Shown here: one piece after another, positions 1 through 14,514 of the stretch
Layout: every line of letters begins with the position of its first letter
How positions within the stretch are numbered: the stretch's first letter is position 1
Assembly: GCA_028023455.1 (NCBI GenBank)
Contig: JAQFVV010000009.1
Coordinates: 3,968,001 to 4,032,000, forward strand
Reading direction: 5' to 3'
DNA: 64,000 bases
From: Epiperipatus broadwayi
Taxonomy: Eukaryota > Animalia > Onychophora
Translations under genes and position numbers: made by a program
Notes under the pieces: generated by a model
Seen by the model: the letters and a program-made list of their open reading frames with translations, nothing else
Told to the model about the DNA's origin: nothing
Databases searched by the model: none

Positions 1-560
1 AAGTACTGTTATCCCCCCCCCCCTAGAATAAATATTCTAGAAAAATGTATTATAAAAAGAACTTTTAAAATAAATTATGTAAATTTGCAGAGCAAATAAA
101 AAAAAATCTGAGATTCTTAGTGGACAGCAGTCAAAAGCAGACAGTCACAGTCAAAAAGAGAAAATGGCTGCCAAAAGTAAAACAATGCATTTCTTAAAAG
201 GAAGAAAATATAATGCTGAACAAAATTAGTTTTAGTAAATTACTTATTATTAAAATTCAAATGGCAAGAAGTTCACAAAGACTTTCATTAGATGAGCTGA
301 AACAAACCATGTGAAGATTAATGAACTGTATAATTATTGGCTGCATGTAAAATAAGATATTTTCATACACTAAAGATATTCCATACCAATTCCCCAAAAT
401 AAACAGGATAAATTATTGTCAGTAGTATAATTTTATTGTACTTGTTACATTATTAAATTAGTGCCTCAGCAAACAAAAATAAACTTGCTGATATTTATAC
501 TCAAGTTGTATATTTATTATTTATTTTCATCTACACAGCTAAGATTGTCTCCTGTGGACA
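1..560 (+). repeat. 5' LTR (left-truncated)
   Basis: Colinear with ~10050-10614 (e.g. gagaaaatggctgccaaaa, ggataaattattgtcagta, ctcagcaaaca), roughly 75-80% identical by eye; ends ...ggACA. Confidence 0.88.
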
Positions 561-575
561 TGGCAGATGGTTCCG
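561..575 (+). promoter_or_regulatory. Putative primer-binding site
   Basis: tggcagatggttcc immediately follows the LTR-terminal CA; a TGG start is the usual tRNA-CCA complement. The priming tRNA was not identified. Confidence 0.55.
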
Positions 576-899
576 ACAACAGATTTTAAGTATAACTTGC
601 CTAGAATATTAAAAGAAAGAATTGTAAGTTTGCATGGAAAAAGTGAAGAGGAAAAATGGCAGTTCCCACTCACAACTTGCATCAATTTGATGTCAGTCAT
701 CCCTCAATGTGGTATATATATATATATATGTAGAGCACGTAGATCATTATATGAAGATTAGTAAAATTGAAGATAATAAGTTTAAAGTTTCAACACAGTT
801 ATTTTTAGCCAATAGCAATGTTCTACAAAATGCTAAGTAACTATGTGATCCCAAGACTTCAGAAGATTTACCAAACAATGAATTAATAGAAAATTTTAC

Positions 900-2085
900 T
901 ACATATTTTCAGCCAGTGAATAAGAAGAGGATAGCTCATTTGCATTTTTGAATGAGAAAACAACTATTGAGAGAGAATTACCAAGATTACAATCTGGCAT
1001 TGCGTATATTGGTCAGACATTGTGAATTTATGATGGACATACTCCTGGATGGTATGTTGGATGACAATCTTAGGAAAACTACTAAATAAAGTGAATATAA
1101 CACACAGAATGGCTATTGCTAAATGTATAGCACATGAGCTAACAACAGATAATGCATCTGAATATCAAGCAATAGCAAATGAATAAAATACCACAAATAT
1201 ATGCAGAGCTAAGATGGATAAATCACCTAAAAAATTCATAAGAAATGAATTAACATGCTATTGTTGCAGAACTGTAGGGCAAATAAAAAAGGGCGTGCAA
1301 ATTCAAATCAAAGAAATGCCATATTTGTGGCATTAAAGAACACTTAGCTCAAGTTTTCAGAAAAGGTGAAAAAGACAAGTCACCCATGAACTTTAAATTA
1401 GAAGCAGACTTTGTAGAAGTTAGAGATAAAGTCATTAAATGCCTCAAACAATAACCAAATTACTTAGAATGTAGCCATTTGTGAAATTAAGGTCAATATG
1501 GAAGTTGTCAGTTGGGCTGGATTATTGATTTTATCTTTGAAAGAGTGGAATAAAATTCATGTTAAATCCAAGCAGGGAATAAAATTGGATAAGACAAATG
1601 TATTGGCCACTGATGTAAATGGAAACAGAATGCAAATATGTGGAAAAGTTTTTGTTTCAGTAAAAGTAAATTAAAAATTTTACCATTGTTTATTATAAAG
1701 AGAGACATTAGTCCACTACTCTTTCAAAACTGGTTTTATCTATTACAAATCTGTCTTAAAATCATTAAGAAGGTTAAACTAGAAACAGAAGTTAGAATAA
1801 AGTTTCTTCAGCTGTTTAAACAGGAAATAGTTGAATTAAAAATAAGACCAGTAGTCGAGGAATTAGCTAAAGGTGCACAACCTACAGTGTATAAACCATG
1901 AAAAGTTCCCCTATGCTCTGAAGTCAAATATTAAAGAGACAATATCATATACTGTAAAAAAGTGCTATCACCTGTAGAAGACTCAATATGGGCTACTTCT
2001 GTGGTCATGGTAGTTAAACCAGTTAGAACTATTCATCTCTGTAGAAATTATCAAATTACTGTAAATAAATATATAAAGGTTTCAA
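900..2085 (+). pseudogene. Gypsy gag (two CCHC knuckles), protease and RT N-terminus remnant
   Basis: Cys/His knuckles at ~1255-1355; MEVxxxAxxxI-like protease motif at ~1500; WATSVVMVVKP..IHLCRNYQITVN at ~1990-2075 matches the Gypsy RT start W(A)xPxVxVxK..RLCxDY. Confidence 0.8.
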
Positions 2086-2184
2086 AGAAATCAAGTCATA
2101 TGTCACATGACCTAATTTAACAGATTTGTATTACAAATGTTATATATAGAACTCGCAAATAAGCTCTTAACAAGCTTTGCAGAA

Positions 2185-2241
2185 TATCTCCAACCCCAGA
2201 CCAGTTTTTGCTACTGGCTTCCTCAATGAGGTACTAGGATA
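2185..2241 (-). ncRNA. Degenerate HHR motif, inverted copy of 2481-2539
   Basis: Minus strand reads cctca-TTGAGGA-agccagtagca-AAAA-ctggTC-tgggg, with core C>T and G>A changes. Confidence 0.55.
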
Positions 2242-2480
2242 TTCAAGCATTAGATTAAAAAATACTAGAACATGCCCAGCACTTTATCTAATGGATAACT
2301 ATTAAGTAGAAAATCTGAAATTTTCAGACATCTATATGCCTTCAAATCCAGGTATCTAACTTAAATAGCCATATGGGACTGAACCAAGTTCAGATATACA
2401 ATATATTAATAACTTTAGCAATAGTTATCCATTAGATAAAGTGCTGGGCATGTCCTAGTATTTTTAATCTAATGCTTGAA

Positions 2481-2539
2481 TATCCTAGCACCTCACTGAG
2501 GAAGCCAGTAGCAGAAACTGGTCTGGGGTTGGGGATATT
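2481..2539 (+). ncRNA. Type-I minimal hammerhead ribozyme motif (family 2)
   Basis: cctca-CTGAGGA-a-gc-cagta-gc-a-GAAA-ctgg-TC-tgggg. Stem I cctca/tgggg is extended by aatatcct/gggatatt; helix III actggt is a decayed ACCGGT; stem II is weak. Confidence 0.7.
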
Positions 2540-3429
2540 TTTCAATGCTTGTTAAGAACTTATTTTCAAGCTCTATATTGTTGCCCCCACACACAACACC
2601 ACTCCTACACATTATATGAGCAAATGCCCAAGGCACCAATTCTATTAATGCATAGAATAATTTAATACTTTATTTGATTTAGAATTAATACTGAGACTCT
2701 TCTACTTATGTCTAACTTATAGCTTAGCTCAATGGAAGGTTACAGGAAATCGATAGCATATAAAATATAAATAAATGAATACTACTAACCATTAAAATAA
2801 AATATATGCCTTATTTATTAATCTACCAAATGATGGAGACCAACAGAGTTTTATTTGTTCAAACTAATAAAATATAATTTCAATTTAATCTCTTCCATCA
2901 TCTAAATATACTCTATATTAGCTCAATATAACTTTGACAGAAAAAAAAAAGCATAATGCTAAATAACTCTACTATTTAGCACATCTTAATCTAAATAGCT
3001 AAATTAATGTTAATCTAGGAATATAAAATCAGATCTCAGGAAATCTGTAATACAGTTTGATTAAAGAAATTATATTATCCAGTAATTTATAACTATAAAT
3101 TATAAAAAAATATAATGGAATAAATTAAATAATGTTTTACTGGGCTAGCAATTAGATAATGAAGGAAATAGGGTATATTTTAATCTCACATCATTATCTA
3201 AATAATAAACTAACTATGCAACCTTGTTATAAGTTTATCAAATGGTAAAGTATTTCATATAATGTTTGGATCAAGGAAACAATATTATCAGATTTCAACA
3301 TATTTATTATCAAATTTATAAAATAATGTATTTATATTGTAATAGATGTGTGGAATGTGGAAACTAGAATACGAATGCATATAAGAATAACTTGAGACAC
3401 AGTTTTGAATAAATAAACAAAGCATTTAT

Positions 3430-6300
3430 TTACATTTGAAATTCAATTAAACATAGCTAATTCACAGTGGGACTGTTTGTCCTGATTTCTAAATTCACAA
3501 ACAAATTTTCCAATCTAAGTTTGAAGTTATTCCTGTTACATATTTCATTATTTATTAATTAGACATTTATGAACATAATTAACAAACAAATAACACCTTA
3601 ATATTCTGACTTTGAACATATCTAGGCTATCTAAATATTTTTATCAGCAAACAACACAGAATAAATAAAATATTATATTATGGGCACAATATACAAGTTT
3701 GAGAGGTTACACTAATAATTATTAGAATAAAGCAACTTAATAAACTTGGCTATCAAGAGAGTAGCTTTAAACAGCTCAATTAAATAATCCCTTTAAATAT
3801 CTACACCTTTCACACATTCAAAAATAGAAATAAAATAATAATCATTCTGATGATTTGATGGTTTAAAGCTTGCTGTAAATTAATATGATTTGATTTAAAA
3901 TATTTACTTCCCAATATATAAATTTAACAGTATTATGCTTTCATATCTGCAATATTATTTGCATTATGCATGTGGGTGTCACATCTTATGTTATAATAAA
4001 AAAGATCAATATTTTTACATATTGTCAATTTACTTATGAATTATTAAATAAGTGTTTTATTCTGGGCAATGTCATAGACCAACCAACAAAATAAACACTA
4101 CTTTCTATTTTAATATTCAATAAAGAATTTAATTTATTTATCTAACCACCACCAACTGGATTACATATAGCTATGTTTCTATGATAATACAAAAATAAAC
4201 ATTCAAGAGAAATTTAAGCACATGAAGAACAAATAAGCTCTTTGGCTAATAAATCAAACAACAACTTATCTAATTCTGAAATATACTATTGGTGTGGAAC
4301 TTGTCTAATCACCAGAACAATGGGGGAAATATCACTTAACTTCATAAAATACCACTTTATAACACATGTATGCAATCTAGAATATACTTCACTCATGGCA
4401 CATACTTAAAAATATACTAAGGGAGAGAATCTTCCATCCCAACAAACATAGAATGTATCAAGAATAATTTTCTTTCTCATAGCTCCTCTATACATTTCCA
4501 TACTATGCATTAGCATATAAATACACATGCAGATAAATTACTAATTCCTTCAATTTTTTCAGAATACAACATTATCCAAAATTAATAGAGAGAAACAGTT
4601 ATAAAACTGAATATTTACTAATTAAATAAAATAATTGCATAAGTCAAACACACATACGCATAAATAAGAGTGTGAAAAATAATTCCAAATTATATAATAT
4701 GCAAATATTGCAGTAAAATAAATGGTAAATTGAAAATATAAACCTTTAGCTTATAACAGACTATCAGCTGTTTTAAAAATTTAAATGGTAATACTTATTA
4801 TGAATGAGGTTTTTCTATTTCTAATACGACTACTCTGAAAACCAAAAATTCTCACTTCGAGATAAAAGAAAAAATAAAATAAAATAAATCCCTCTCTTTA
4901 ATAAAATATCCAAAAAATGAATGTATTTTCTACATAAAGAAAAATCATATTTAAATAATACAATTTTCCAGCATATTCACAATTTTCAAATACACTAATC
5001 TATGATGATCTAGAAGTTCAGGAAATATCACAATTAAATAAGCAAACACATAATAATAAATCTGTCTAGCTATCTATGCTATATCAATAACAACAAATAA
5101 AAAGAAAAATCACTCTTCTTTTTAACTTAAAAAAAAATTCACTTGCAAAGTTTCTTTTCCAAAGTACCAAGATTATTCTAGACGAGTGCATGTTAGTAAG
5201 AACATGAAAGCAAATTCTTGTAGGACAAAACATTTACAATTCAAACTTAATTCAGTAATCTCCAAAGTTCAAAAAGCTAATTGAGTTTACTACTATAGCA
5301 CATGCAGTAATAAATTTTCACAACAATAATAATATGAAAGATAGTTTCAGCTATTTATTGGTTTAATCCTTCCCATTTAAGAAATTCTAGAAATATTTAA
5401 CTCAACAGTACTTTAACAGGTTTCCTAAAGACATTTTCTTTCTATTATTTATAAGTTAGCATACATATAATTAATTCTAGTCCATTACTGATTAATTGTT
5501 CACATGAAATTTGTAATTCCTTAAACACTAATATTTTGTTTTATAATAAATCCAGAACAAGAAATATACAATATTGACATCCTTGCATATGCATATTCAA
5601 TAAATAATAGTAATTAATTAATCCTTGGTAAGTTACATATTTATTTCTTTAATAAAAACATTTTTATAAGCATAAATAATAGACAAAGTTATCATTACAT
5701 AGTAATTTGAAATATAGCATAATAAAGTACACATGCCTTTTCCTGTTTTAATCTGACTTTTGTATAAGCAGAATATAACTTGAACTGAGGGTCTATAGAT
5801 TTTGTTAAACAGTCCTACATAGACTTCCTCAAGATATTATAAAATTCACACAATTTTGTTAAAAGATTATAATGTTCATGCTCTTTCATTTTCTTCTTAA
5901 TTATAATAATAAATAAAAGCAAACAAAGTAGAGCAAATTTATCAGCATAAAGACACATTTTAAAAAAATAGTAATAATATTAATGATAGTGTTAATTTAA
6001 CATTTAACTGGGAATGGAAATGAAGAGATATACCTTTCTTATAATTTAACTGATCATCCTGGCTTAAAACTTTCTGGTAGCTAGAATTCCCATAATAACT
6101 TTTAAAAAAAATCACTTTGGAGTTTAATTTGAATTGATTTCTGGAAGAGTTAGAAGACTTGGCAGAAGCAGAATGAACAAAGCAATGGCTGAAAACAACA
6201 ATAATAATAAACAATTTTTATTACTGATTATCAGTTAAATAGATATCCCTTCCATCAATCAAGAAATCATTTCACCCTCCAAATGTCAACTCCACCCTTT
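3430..6300 (-). mobile_element. Highly decayed CR1/L2-type LINE nested in the Gypsy element
   Basis: Minus-strand remnants in LINE order: APE-like IYRP (~5790), GVPQ-like RQVPHQ (~4300), LxYC (~3690), and a TRxxFKL..R..WN-like 3' region (~3500). Motifs are degenerate. Confidence 0.45.
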
Positions 6301-6902
6301 GCACTCAGTAATGAAGAGAAAATATTTAAGAAATATTTTTTTGAAAAAACAAATCATTTTGACCTTCTAAATTAAATCAAGTCAAATAAAACAAAAAATA
6401 AAAATAATAACTTATTACAATCTTGAAACGAATATTAATTAACTATTAAATAAAATGGTTGGTTATACTATTTAGTTTGTTAAATAATCTACTAATCCAC
6501 ATATCCATTAATCACTCAAAAATATATACTTGTAAAATCATTAAAGATATTTAATGTAATTCAAATGTTTTACTGTAAATGTAATATTATTTACTGTAAT
6601 TAAAATATGAAAATGAAATGAAAAGATGATACAGACCTACATGCATACACATATGCTGCTACATGAATATTAAATCATCTTGACTAAAATATGACTGATA
6701 TGGCTATGGGTTAAATATATTTCACCAATTATAATACCTACTTATGGGTGGTGTGCTAATGAATAATAGATCAGAAAATCACCTAAACAAATACCAACCA
6801 CTATTTAATAAATAAATAAAACAACTTTGCACCAACTTAACTGGTATATCAACAATTCCTGTAATAATCCACCCTCCTTCCTTGCATTAAATACTTCCTC
6901 AA

Positions 6903-7358
<456 letters not shown>

Positions 7359-7819
7359 TGAAAAATGCTTGCAAAAATTGCTACCCAAATTCATAAGCAA
7401 CTCACATATAAGGTTTTAGACCATTAACAGAAAATTTTTTAAAATTTCAATGCTCTTTCTTTTTTTTTTTAATAAAATGCAGCTATTCACTAGTGATACA
7501 ATATAATTTAATTACTTGTGCTCATTCAGAAGGTCACAATATATAACATAAATAAAGGTGCTTATACTGTGCCAAATACATACAAAGTGTTAGCATCTTT
7601 ACAGAAAGTCTCTTTCACAAAAATAGATTTAAAATCTGCATTTTACCAGATACCAATCTCAAAAAAAACCCACAGAATTGTTCATTGTTAATATTATGTA
7701 CCCCCATCAATTTGTATATATGAAAACATTTTTCAGCAAAGATCGATATGTTATTGCAAAACATAGAGTGAGTTATTCTCTACTTTAATGCTATACTTTT
7801 TACTGTCCAGTTAGAAGAA

Positions 7820-9700
7820 GAGCTAACAGATAAAGTGGGCACTAGATTAAACACTGCCAAATGCATTTGGGCAATTGGAATATATGATAAATAAGAATAG
7901 ATAATACCCCAACCCTGAAAAAGTGGGAGCTGTAAAAGAAGTAGCCACTCCTAAGAATGTAAAAGATTTAGAAACATTTCTGGGACTGTTAAATTTTTAC
8001 AAAAGTTTTTTTTATGATAAATCACACATATTAACACCATTGTATGAGTTATTACATAAGGAAAATGCTGGAAATGGAATGAAGAGCATAAAATTGTATT
8101 CCAAAAATCCAAGGACTTATTAATGTTATAAAAACTTTTAGTGCATTATAGAAGTGATCAGAAAGTGATGATTACTAAAGATGCTTCAGATTTTGGAGTT
8201 GGAGCTGTCATCTCATATTGGTATAGTGAAAGCAAACATCTGAATCACTTATGCCTTGAGAACATTATCAACAGCTGAAAAAAATTATTGTCAATTAGAT
8301 AAGGAAGCTCTGGCTATAATATTTGCAATAAAGAAATTTCATTAATACATATGTCAATGGAGTTTTACAGAATGTATGAATCATTACCCTTTACTTGGAA
8401 TTTTTGAAAAAGAATAAAAAATGCTTGTATATGCAAGTCAGAGACTTTTAAGGTGGATTAACATATTAGCTGCCTATTACTATGAATTAGTTTACAAGCC
8501 AATAAAAAAGATTACATATACGGATGTGGATGCCTTACCTGGGAAAGAAAGAGTTTAGTGGAAGTTTACAGAAGTAAACATGTTAGATGCATTAAATATT
8601 ATAGAGAATCTAAATAATTCTAAAGTCACCAAATATATAAATAGAGACCCTGGATATAGTAAACTAAAAAACTGGATCTGAGAAGGATGATCAAAAAGTC
8701 AACCAAGTTGCATTACTATGGTGATTTAGAACACTCACCAGAGTTTGTCAATCTGTAACGGCTGTATTCTGATGATTGAATGAGTACTCATACCAATGAA
8801 AGGATGAAAATAAGTGCTAAAGTTATTACATAAAGGACATCTAGCAGTTATGCAGATGAAGGTGCTCACATGTTCATGTGTGGTGGCCTAAAATGAAACA
8901 GCAAAATTGAACAAACAGTAAAAACCTGCCATGATTGCCAATCTGGCTGATTTACCAAAGAAAGTTTATAAACCATGAATAGTGGCCATGGTAGTATATC
9001 CATATAGATTATGCAGAACTTTGAATAGACATTTAATATTAATAATCATAGATTCATGTAGCAGATGGGCCAAGTATAAACTTGCAAAAACTATAAGTAC
9101 TAAATTTATCATAAAAGCTCTACAGGAAGTTTTTGACACTCATAGATATCCTGAGATCCTGGTATCTGATAATGGAGCAGGGTTTATTTCTGCAGTTTTT
9201 GGAAACTACTTAACAGATAAAGGCATTCATCATGTTTTTATTCTAGCCTATCATCTGCCTCTAATGGACTATTGGAAAAAACAGTCCAAAGTTTGAAATC
9301 TGCCTTGAGAAAAGTAAAAATTACAAATATGGAGAAGTACTGATAGAAATCATGTTCTACCAGCATTTTATTCTAGTGGAACGAACTGTGAAACACCTGA
9401 AGAATAACTGTTTGATAGAAAATGTCATACTCATTTATCTAAACTTTTATCTGTAAAAAGAAATCAGAAAATAGTCCTACTAGTGAAGATATATACCATG
9501 CAAACTTCAAGAAATTTAGAACTTGGCAAAACTGTATAAGTTCAAGATATATTAAAAAAGAACTGGATACCTGACACCATAGGTGACAAAGTATCTGAAG
9601 TCATACAAGTAATTAAGCTCAAAGTGGATTGTGTGTCAGAAGACATATAAATTATTTATGCCAGTGATTCTCTAAAATGTTGATTATGATATATAAAAGA
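7820..9700 (+). pseudogene. Gypsy pol 3' part: RT C-terminus, RNase H, integrase
   Basis: PEKVGAVKEVATPKNVKDLETFLGLLNFY; DASDFGVGAVIS; KNYCQLDKEALAIIFAIKKFH; HxxH..WWPKM..CxxC integrase zinc finger; DSCSRW..ILVSDNG integrase core. Confidence 0.9.
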
Positions 9701-9975
9701 CCTGTAGTAGCCAATCCGCAATCAGAATCTTTGACATATAATGAACTTGAAAAATTTCCCTTTATTGAGCAGAATGATATATTGCATATTGAGTGAAATA
9801 CAGGCAATGAAGTTAAAGTGGATGAAGATGTTGTTGACTGAATAAAGATGAACAATTACCTATATCTGAAAAGTCAACTGAACTAAACATTGATCCTGAT
9901 GAGAATAGAAATATTTCTTTTCCTTAAAGTCAGAGCAATCAGAGAAAGCCTGCCAAATATAAAGATTATTTTCTA

Positions 9976-9989
9976 GAGTGAGGGGAGAT
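9976..9989 (+). promoter_or_regulatory. Polypurine tract
   Basis: gagtgaggggagat lies directly upstream of the 3' LTR. Confidence 0.65.
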
Positions 9990-10614
9990 ATACTGACAAT
10001 GCAAATTGTGTGTAAATTAAGTTTAATTAAATCATGTACATGCATTGACAGTACTAGTATTTTTTCTACCAGAATGATTACTCTAGAAAAAAGTATTATA
10101 AAAAAGAACTTTTGAAATAAATTATGCAAATTAGCATAGCTAATAAAAAGAGTCAGTGATTCTTAGCATGCAGCTATTGAAAGCAGTCAGTTAAAGTCAA
10201 AAGGAGAAAATGGCTGCCAAAAATAAAACAAAGCATTTCTCAAAAGGAAGAAACGATAATGCTGAATGAAGTTGGTTTTTAGTAAATTACTTACTATTAA
10301 AGTTCCCATGGAAAGAAGTTCACGTAGACTTAAATTAGACGTTAAACAAACCATTTAGAGATTAATGAACTACTGTATATAATTATCGGATGTGTGTGAA
10401 TTAAGATATTTTCACACACTAGATATATTCCATAGCAATCTCCAAAAGTAAATGGGATAAATTATTGTCAGTAATATAATTTTATTGTACTAGTTATATT
10501 GTTAAACTAATGTCTCAGCAAACAGAAATAAGCTTGCTGATATATATATATATTCAAGTTGTGTGTGTATTATTCATTTTCACCTACATAGTTGAGACTG
10601 TCTCCCCAAGGACA
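9990..10614 (+). repeat. 3' LTR
   Basis: Homologous to 1-560; ends ...aaggACA at the position equivalent to the 5' LTR end. Confidence 0.88.
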
Positions 10615-10694
10615 AGGCAGTTCTATTACTAAAATAAATATTCAAATATATTCACAGTCATTTAGAAATTCATATTTATCTATTTTTTTGTGGC

Positions 10695-10797
10695 TCTTTA
10701 AAGGGAGGAAGAGATACCTCTTTCATTGCAGCTCATTAAAGGGGAGGGGGATACCTCTTTCCTTGTGACTTTTTAATGAGGAAGGGAAGAAGATACA
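10695..10797. repeat. Short degenerate tandem repeat (~38-40 bp, about 2.5 copies)
   Basis: taaagg(g)gagg..gatacctctttc unit is repeated. Confidence 0.6.
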
Positions 10798-11689
10798 ATA
10801 TAAACAAAATAGCTTTTCTTTGTTAAAAAGTTTGCTGATCCCTGGTCATAGTGCAGAGCTTAAATCATATCGTTCAGTGTTTTTTTTTTTTTGAAATTGT
10901 AAAATAAGTTTATGCTAACTATAAGTTTATAATTAATTTAATAAACATAGAAAGGATAATTTGAAATAAAAAATCTCCATAGATTAGCAATGATTCCTTC
11001 TTTTTATCGGGGCAGTAACATCAAAGTGTACACAAAATGGTCACAGGGATGGATGGCATGAGTACTGACATGTCACACACACATATGCCCCAGTAGCAAG
11101 AAAAAAATGCAAGAACAAAAAAAGCATATAAAGTGAGTAATGAAGCAAATAATAGGTTCAAAAATAAAAGCATACAAACATTTCATCGATCCACAGCAAA
11201 TGATCTGATCAAATTGGATTTGTTCACAGCAACATTGGACTATGGATTACGAGAGTCAAAAGAGCCATGGAATGATGATTCATTAAAAACAATCTTTGAA
11301 GCCTTTAATGGAACAATACTGAAAAAATTATATAATTCATTCAAATGTTTCTTTACAAAAATTGATAATCATTGCGATTACAAACCATTTTTGTAACCTA
11401 TTTAGATTCCCCCAAAAAATATTAATCGATCTACTTACAGTCAAAAACTTATGGGAATTCATTCATTATATAGCTGACCATTCAAATCGTTGATACATTG
11501 GGTTAGGATTTAAAACATGTTCATAAATAATTTTTAAAATTTTCAGTTTATAAAACTGTTTTTGGCTGTTGTTATATTTATGGGTAATGTTAATAGAATT
11601 TTTGGATACAACAATAATGTTTAACTGAAACAAGACAATATATAAATAAAAGGAGAAATATAAAAATATTTAAAAATAATCCATTAAGA

Positions 11690-13550
11690 AGAATTAAATA
11701 TCTGGAATTCTAGTTATGAAAAAGAGTTAAAATGATATAAGAAATAGAGGAACTAATTTAGAGTACACTTTCCACTATTTTGGTTTCTAAAAGAAGCTCT
11801 AAACCCAATGCTGACACAATCAAGTTCTAAATGAAGTCAAATAACACCAGTCACCATTGGTAGTGTTCCATTTATTTTGATCATTAGTTATCTAACTTCA
11901 TTTAGCACTTGGTCATGTTAACAGTGGGTTTGGGGCTCTCCTCAGAAACCAAACTGGCAGAGAGCACTCTTTAAATTAGTACCAAAATAGAACTGTGAAT
12001 TAATAAGAAATGCTTAAAAGAGAAAAATATCAAAATATAAAACCCTTTTAGTTTTTAAAGCAAAGTTGTTTCCAGCAATAAGAAGAAAAGATGAAATTAT
12101 TATTAAAAAAACTGATGACATTATAAATGTATGAAAAAGATCTATAAAAAATTATATATAATAAAGAACAATAAAAACAAAAAATCTTTACAATTTCAAC
12201 ATCATTTGAGTTTCCAAGACTTTTAAATGATAATGTGAGATAGACAATTAAATCTATGAAGAAGAAAAAAGTTCCAGGATATGACAGAATTATTATTAAT
12301 ATCTTAACAGAATCAAATGAGGAAATAAAAAAATATTAGCAAAATTATATGCAAAATGTCTAAATAATAAAAATGTACCAGATGATTGAAAGAATGCAGA
12401 ATTGATAAAGAAGATATTATAAATTACAAACCAATCAGTCTTCTATCAGTTCTAAACATGATCTTTATAATGATAATTATATCTTATCTATAACAAACTT
12501 TGGACCCAAACCAATAAAAAAAAAAAAACCAAGCTGGATTTAAAAGTGGTTTTAATACAGTGGATCACATCTAAACATTGATTATAGTTATAGACAGAAC
12601 CAATGAATATGAGTTACTAATATACTTTGGATTTGTAGATTATGAAAAAATATTTCCATAGTAATTAAAGCTGAGGATTATCAAGATATAAACCCAAAAT
12701 ATTTCTACATTCTAAAAACATTTAATAAAGGCAATAGCAGTGATATTAATTACTACATGTTCACACTAAGAAGATTAACATTGTACAACAAGGTAATTCC
12801 ACATAGTTTTATAAGAAGTATTTTTTAGATCAAAGTGAAAAACTAAGGCTGTTAAGAATATTTAAGTCAACTAGATTTTGCAGTTTATGTAGTTGTTTTG
12901 AGATTAATAATAATAATATTTCAGAGCTTTAGAGATTATTAAAATAATTATTGGATGGAAACAAGACTAAAAATAAATGCTAAAGAGTGATAATCTAGGA
13001 ATACAAAAAGTTAACAATTACATATATTTAGATCAATTTTTTAATGCAAAGAGGAACATTATGAATACAATTAGGCATAAAATTAAACTTGGAACAAGTG
13101 CTTTTAGTAGAAATAATTTTTAAAAAATATGTCTATATGTTTGAAAAAGTTTTTAATAGAAATGTTTTGCCAATATTTACATATAGATCTGAAACTTGGA
13201 CATTTCAGATCATTTAATTAAGCAATTAGAAAAGATTAAAAATGAAATATATGGACAAGAAAACAAATAGGTATTATTAACATCATTGAAATAATTAAGA
13301 CTAAGATGGAGCTGGATGAAAATATTTTTAGAAGTGATAACAGATCGGCAGTTGAAGTTTTAAACTAGATCCCAATAAATTGTAAAAGATGTAAAAAGAA
13401 ACAACATTTGGGAAGGATGGATAAAATAAGATTTATTCAAGTGCATTGGATAATAGACTATGGGTCACAAAAACTGAATTAAACTTGGAGACTATCATCC
13501 TGAAGTGGATTAATAATGGAGAAAAATAATGATGGTTATGATTATCATCA
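11690..13550 (+). mobile_element. 5'-truncated, decayed RTE-clade LINE
   Basis: Colinear with 34800-36635: NYKPISLLS, QAGFKSGF.TVDH, GFVDYEK, YLDQ, FTYRSETW, and tail ggagactatcatcctgaagtggatt. Confidence 0.85.
11751..11980. repeat. Foldback/MITE-like inverted repeat inserted in the RTE
   Basis: Arms ~11751-11837 and ~11895-11980 are reverse complements at ~70% (actaatttagagt...aaatgaagt / acttcattt...actctttaaattagt). Confidence 0.75.
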
Positions 13551-14514
13551 ATCTTATATCCATAGATTCATTCATAACTATTTAAGTTTTCCTCTTTTTT
13601 ATTTTATTTTATTTAAACATTTAGTTAATTTTTAAAAAAAATTTATCAATTATTTATTTAAATTAAACTATTTTAAATACAATAAATGTATTTTTAATTT
13701 AAAAATATTTAAATATGATTTTTTTTTAAAATTTGTTTCATTTGCAAAGATATTCTGCCATTATTTAAAGCATTATACTTGTACATACTTATCAATAAAA
13801 AATTCAGAAATGTAAACAGAATGTACCTTTTAAAAAAAAAGAGTGATTAAAATCATATCCATTTCAAATATACTTCCTCAATGAACTATCGAATACATAA
13901 CTTGTACAACCAAAGAATTAAATTCACTGAAAATTCCCTTTTTATTTTAATTTTTCTGTTGTTTAAAGATAAAATAGTTCAACAATTGATTTACCATCAC
14001 AAATTTATTTATAGAAATCCTAAAAACAATTACTTATTTAAATTAAAACATTTTAAACATAACAAATATGTTTTATTAATAAATATGAAAATTATTTTCA
14101 TTTTAAAGGTTTTGCATTTGAAGTTATTTTCAGATCCAGATGATTTTTTTCTTTCTAAACTGTACCGACTCTATTAAATTGATTTAAAGCTGCAATAACA
14201 TTATTTAGTTGAATTTTTTAATACAATTCTAGTAACATATTCTACAGCTTGTGACTTTCAACATACTAAAACTACCTGAGAAAAACTGTAATTTATTTCA
14301 TTGCTAAGATAAAAACAGATTCCCTGAACTCTTTTGTTATGCCTCTGTTAATATATTTTTGTTTCTTTAAAAAATTAAAAATAGTAAAAATTTTAGAGTA
14401 AATAAAAAGTTGTTAAGAGAATTTAACATTTTTTGATTAAAAATATTTTTATTTTTTTAAAAAAATATTTAAAATTTCATTTAGATATTTTTTGTTATTA
14501 ATTTAATCTGTACA

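Larger units (their letters stand above)
2143..2579. repeat. Long inverted repeat (arms ~2143-2303 and ~2420-2579); each arm carries an HHR motif
   Basis: The arms are reverse complements at ~90% identity by eye around a ~116-bp spacer. Confidence 0.92.

Noticed and set aside
9896-9920. Isolated CTGATGA/CTGAAGA words (also ~3846, ~9397, ~12113, ~25940, ~43836, ~49040)
   Set aside because: No compatible stems I-III with GAAA and a UH triplet; several lie in TE coding remnants; expected by chance.
11133-11500. ORF with faint piggyBac-transposase-like wording (PW..D..F..F..; LTV)
   Set aside because: No catalytic motif or TTAA/TIR could be confirmed; too weak to annotate.
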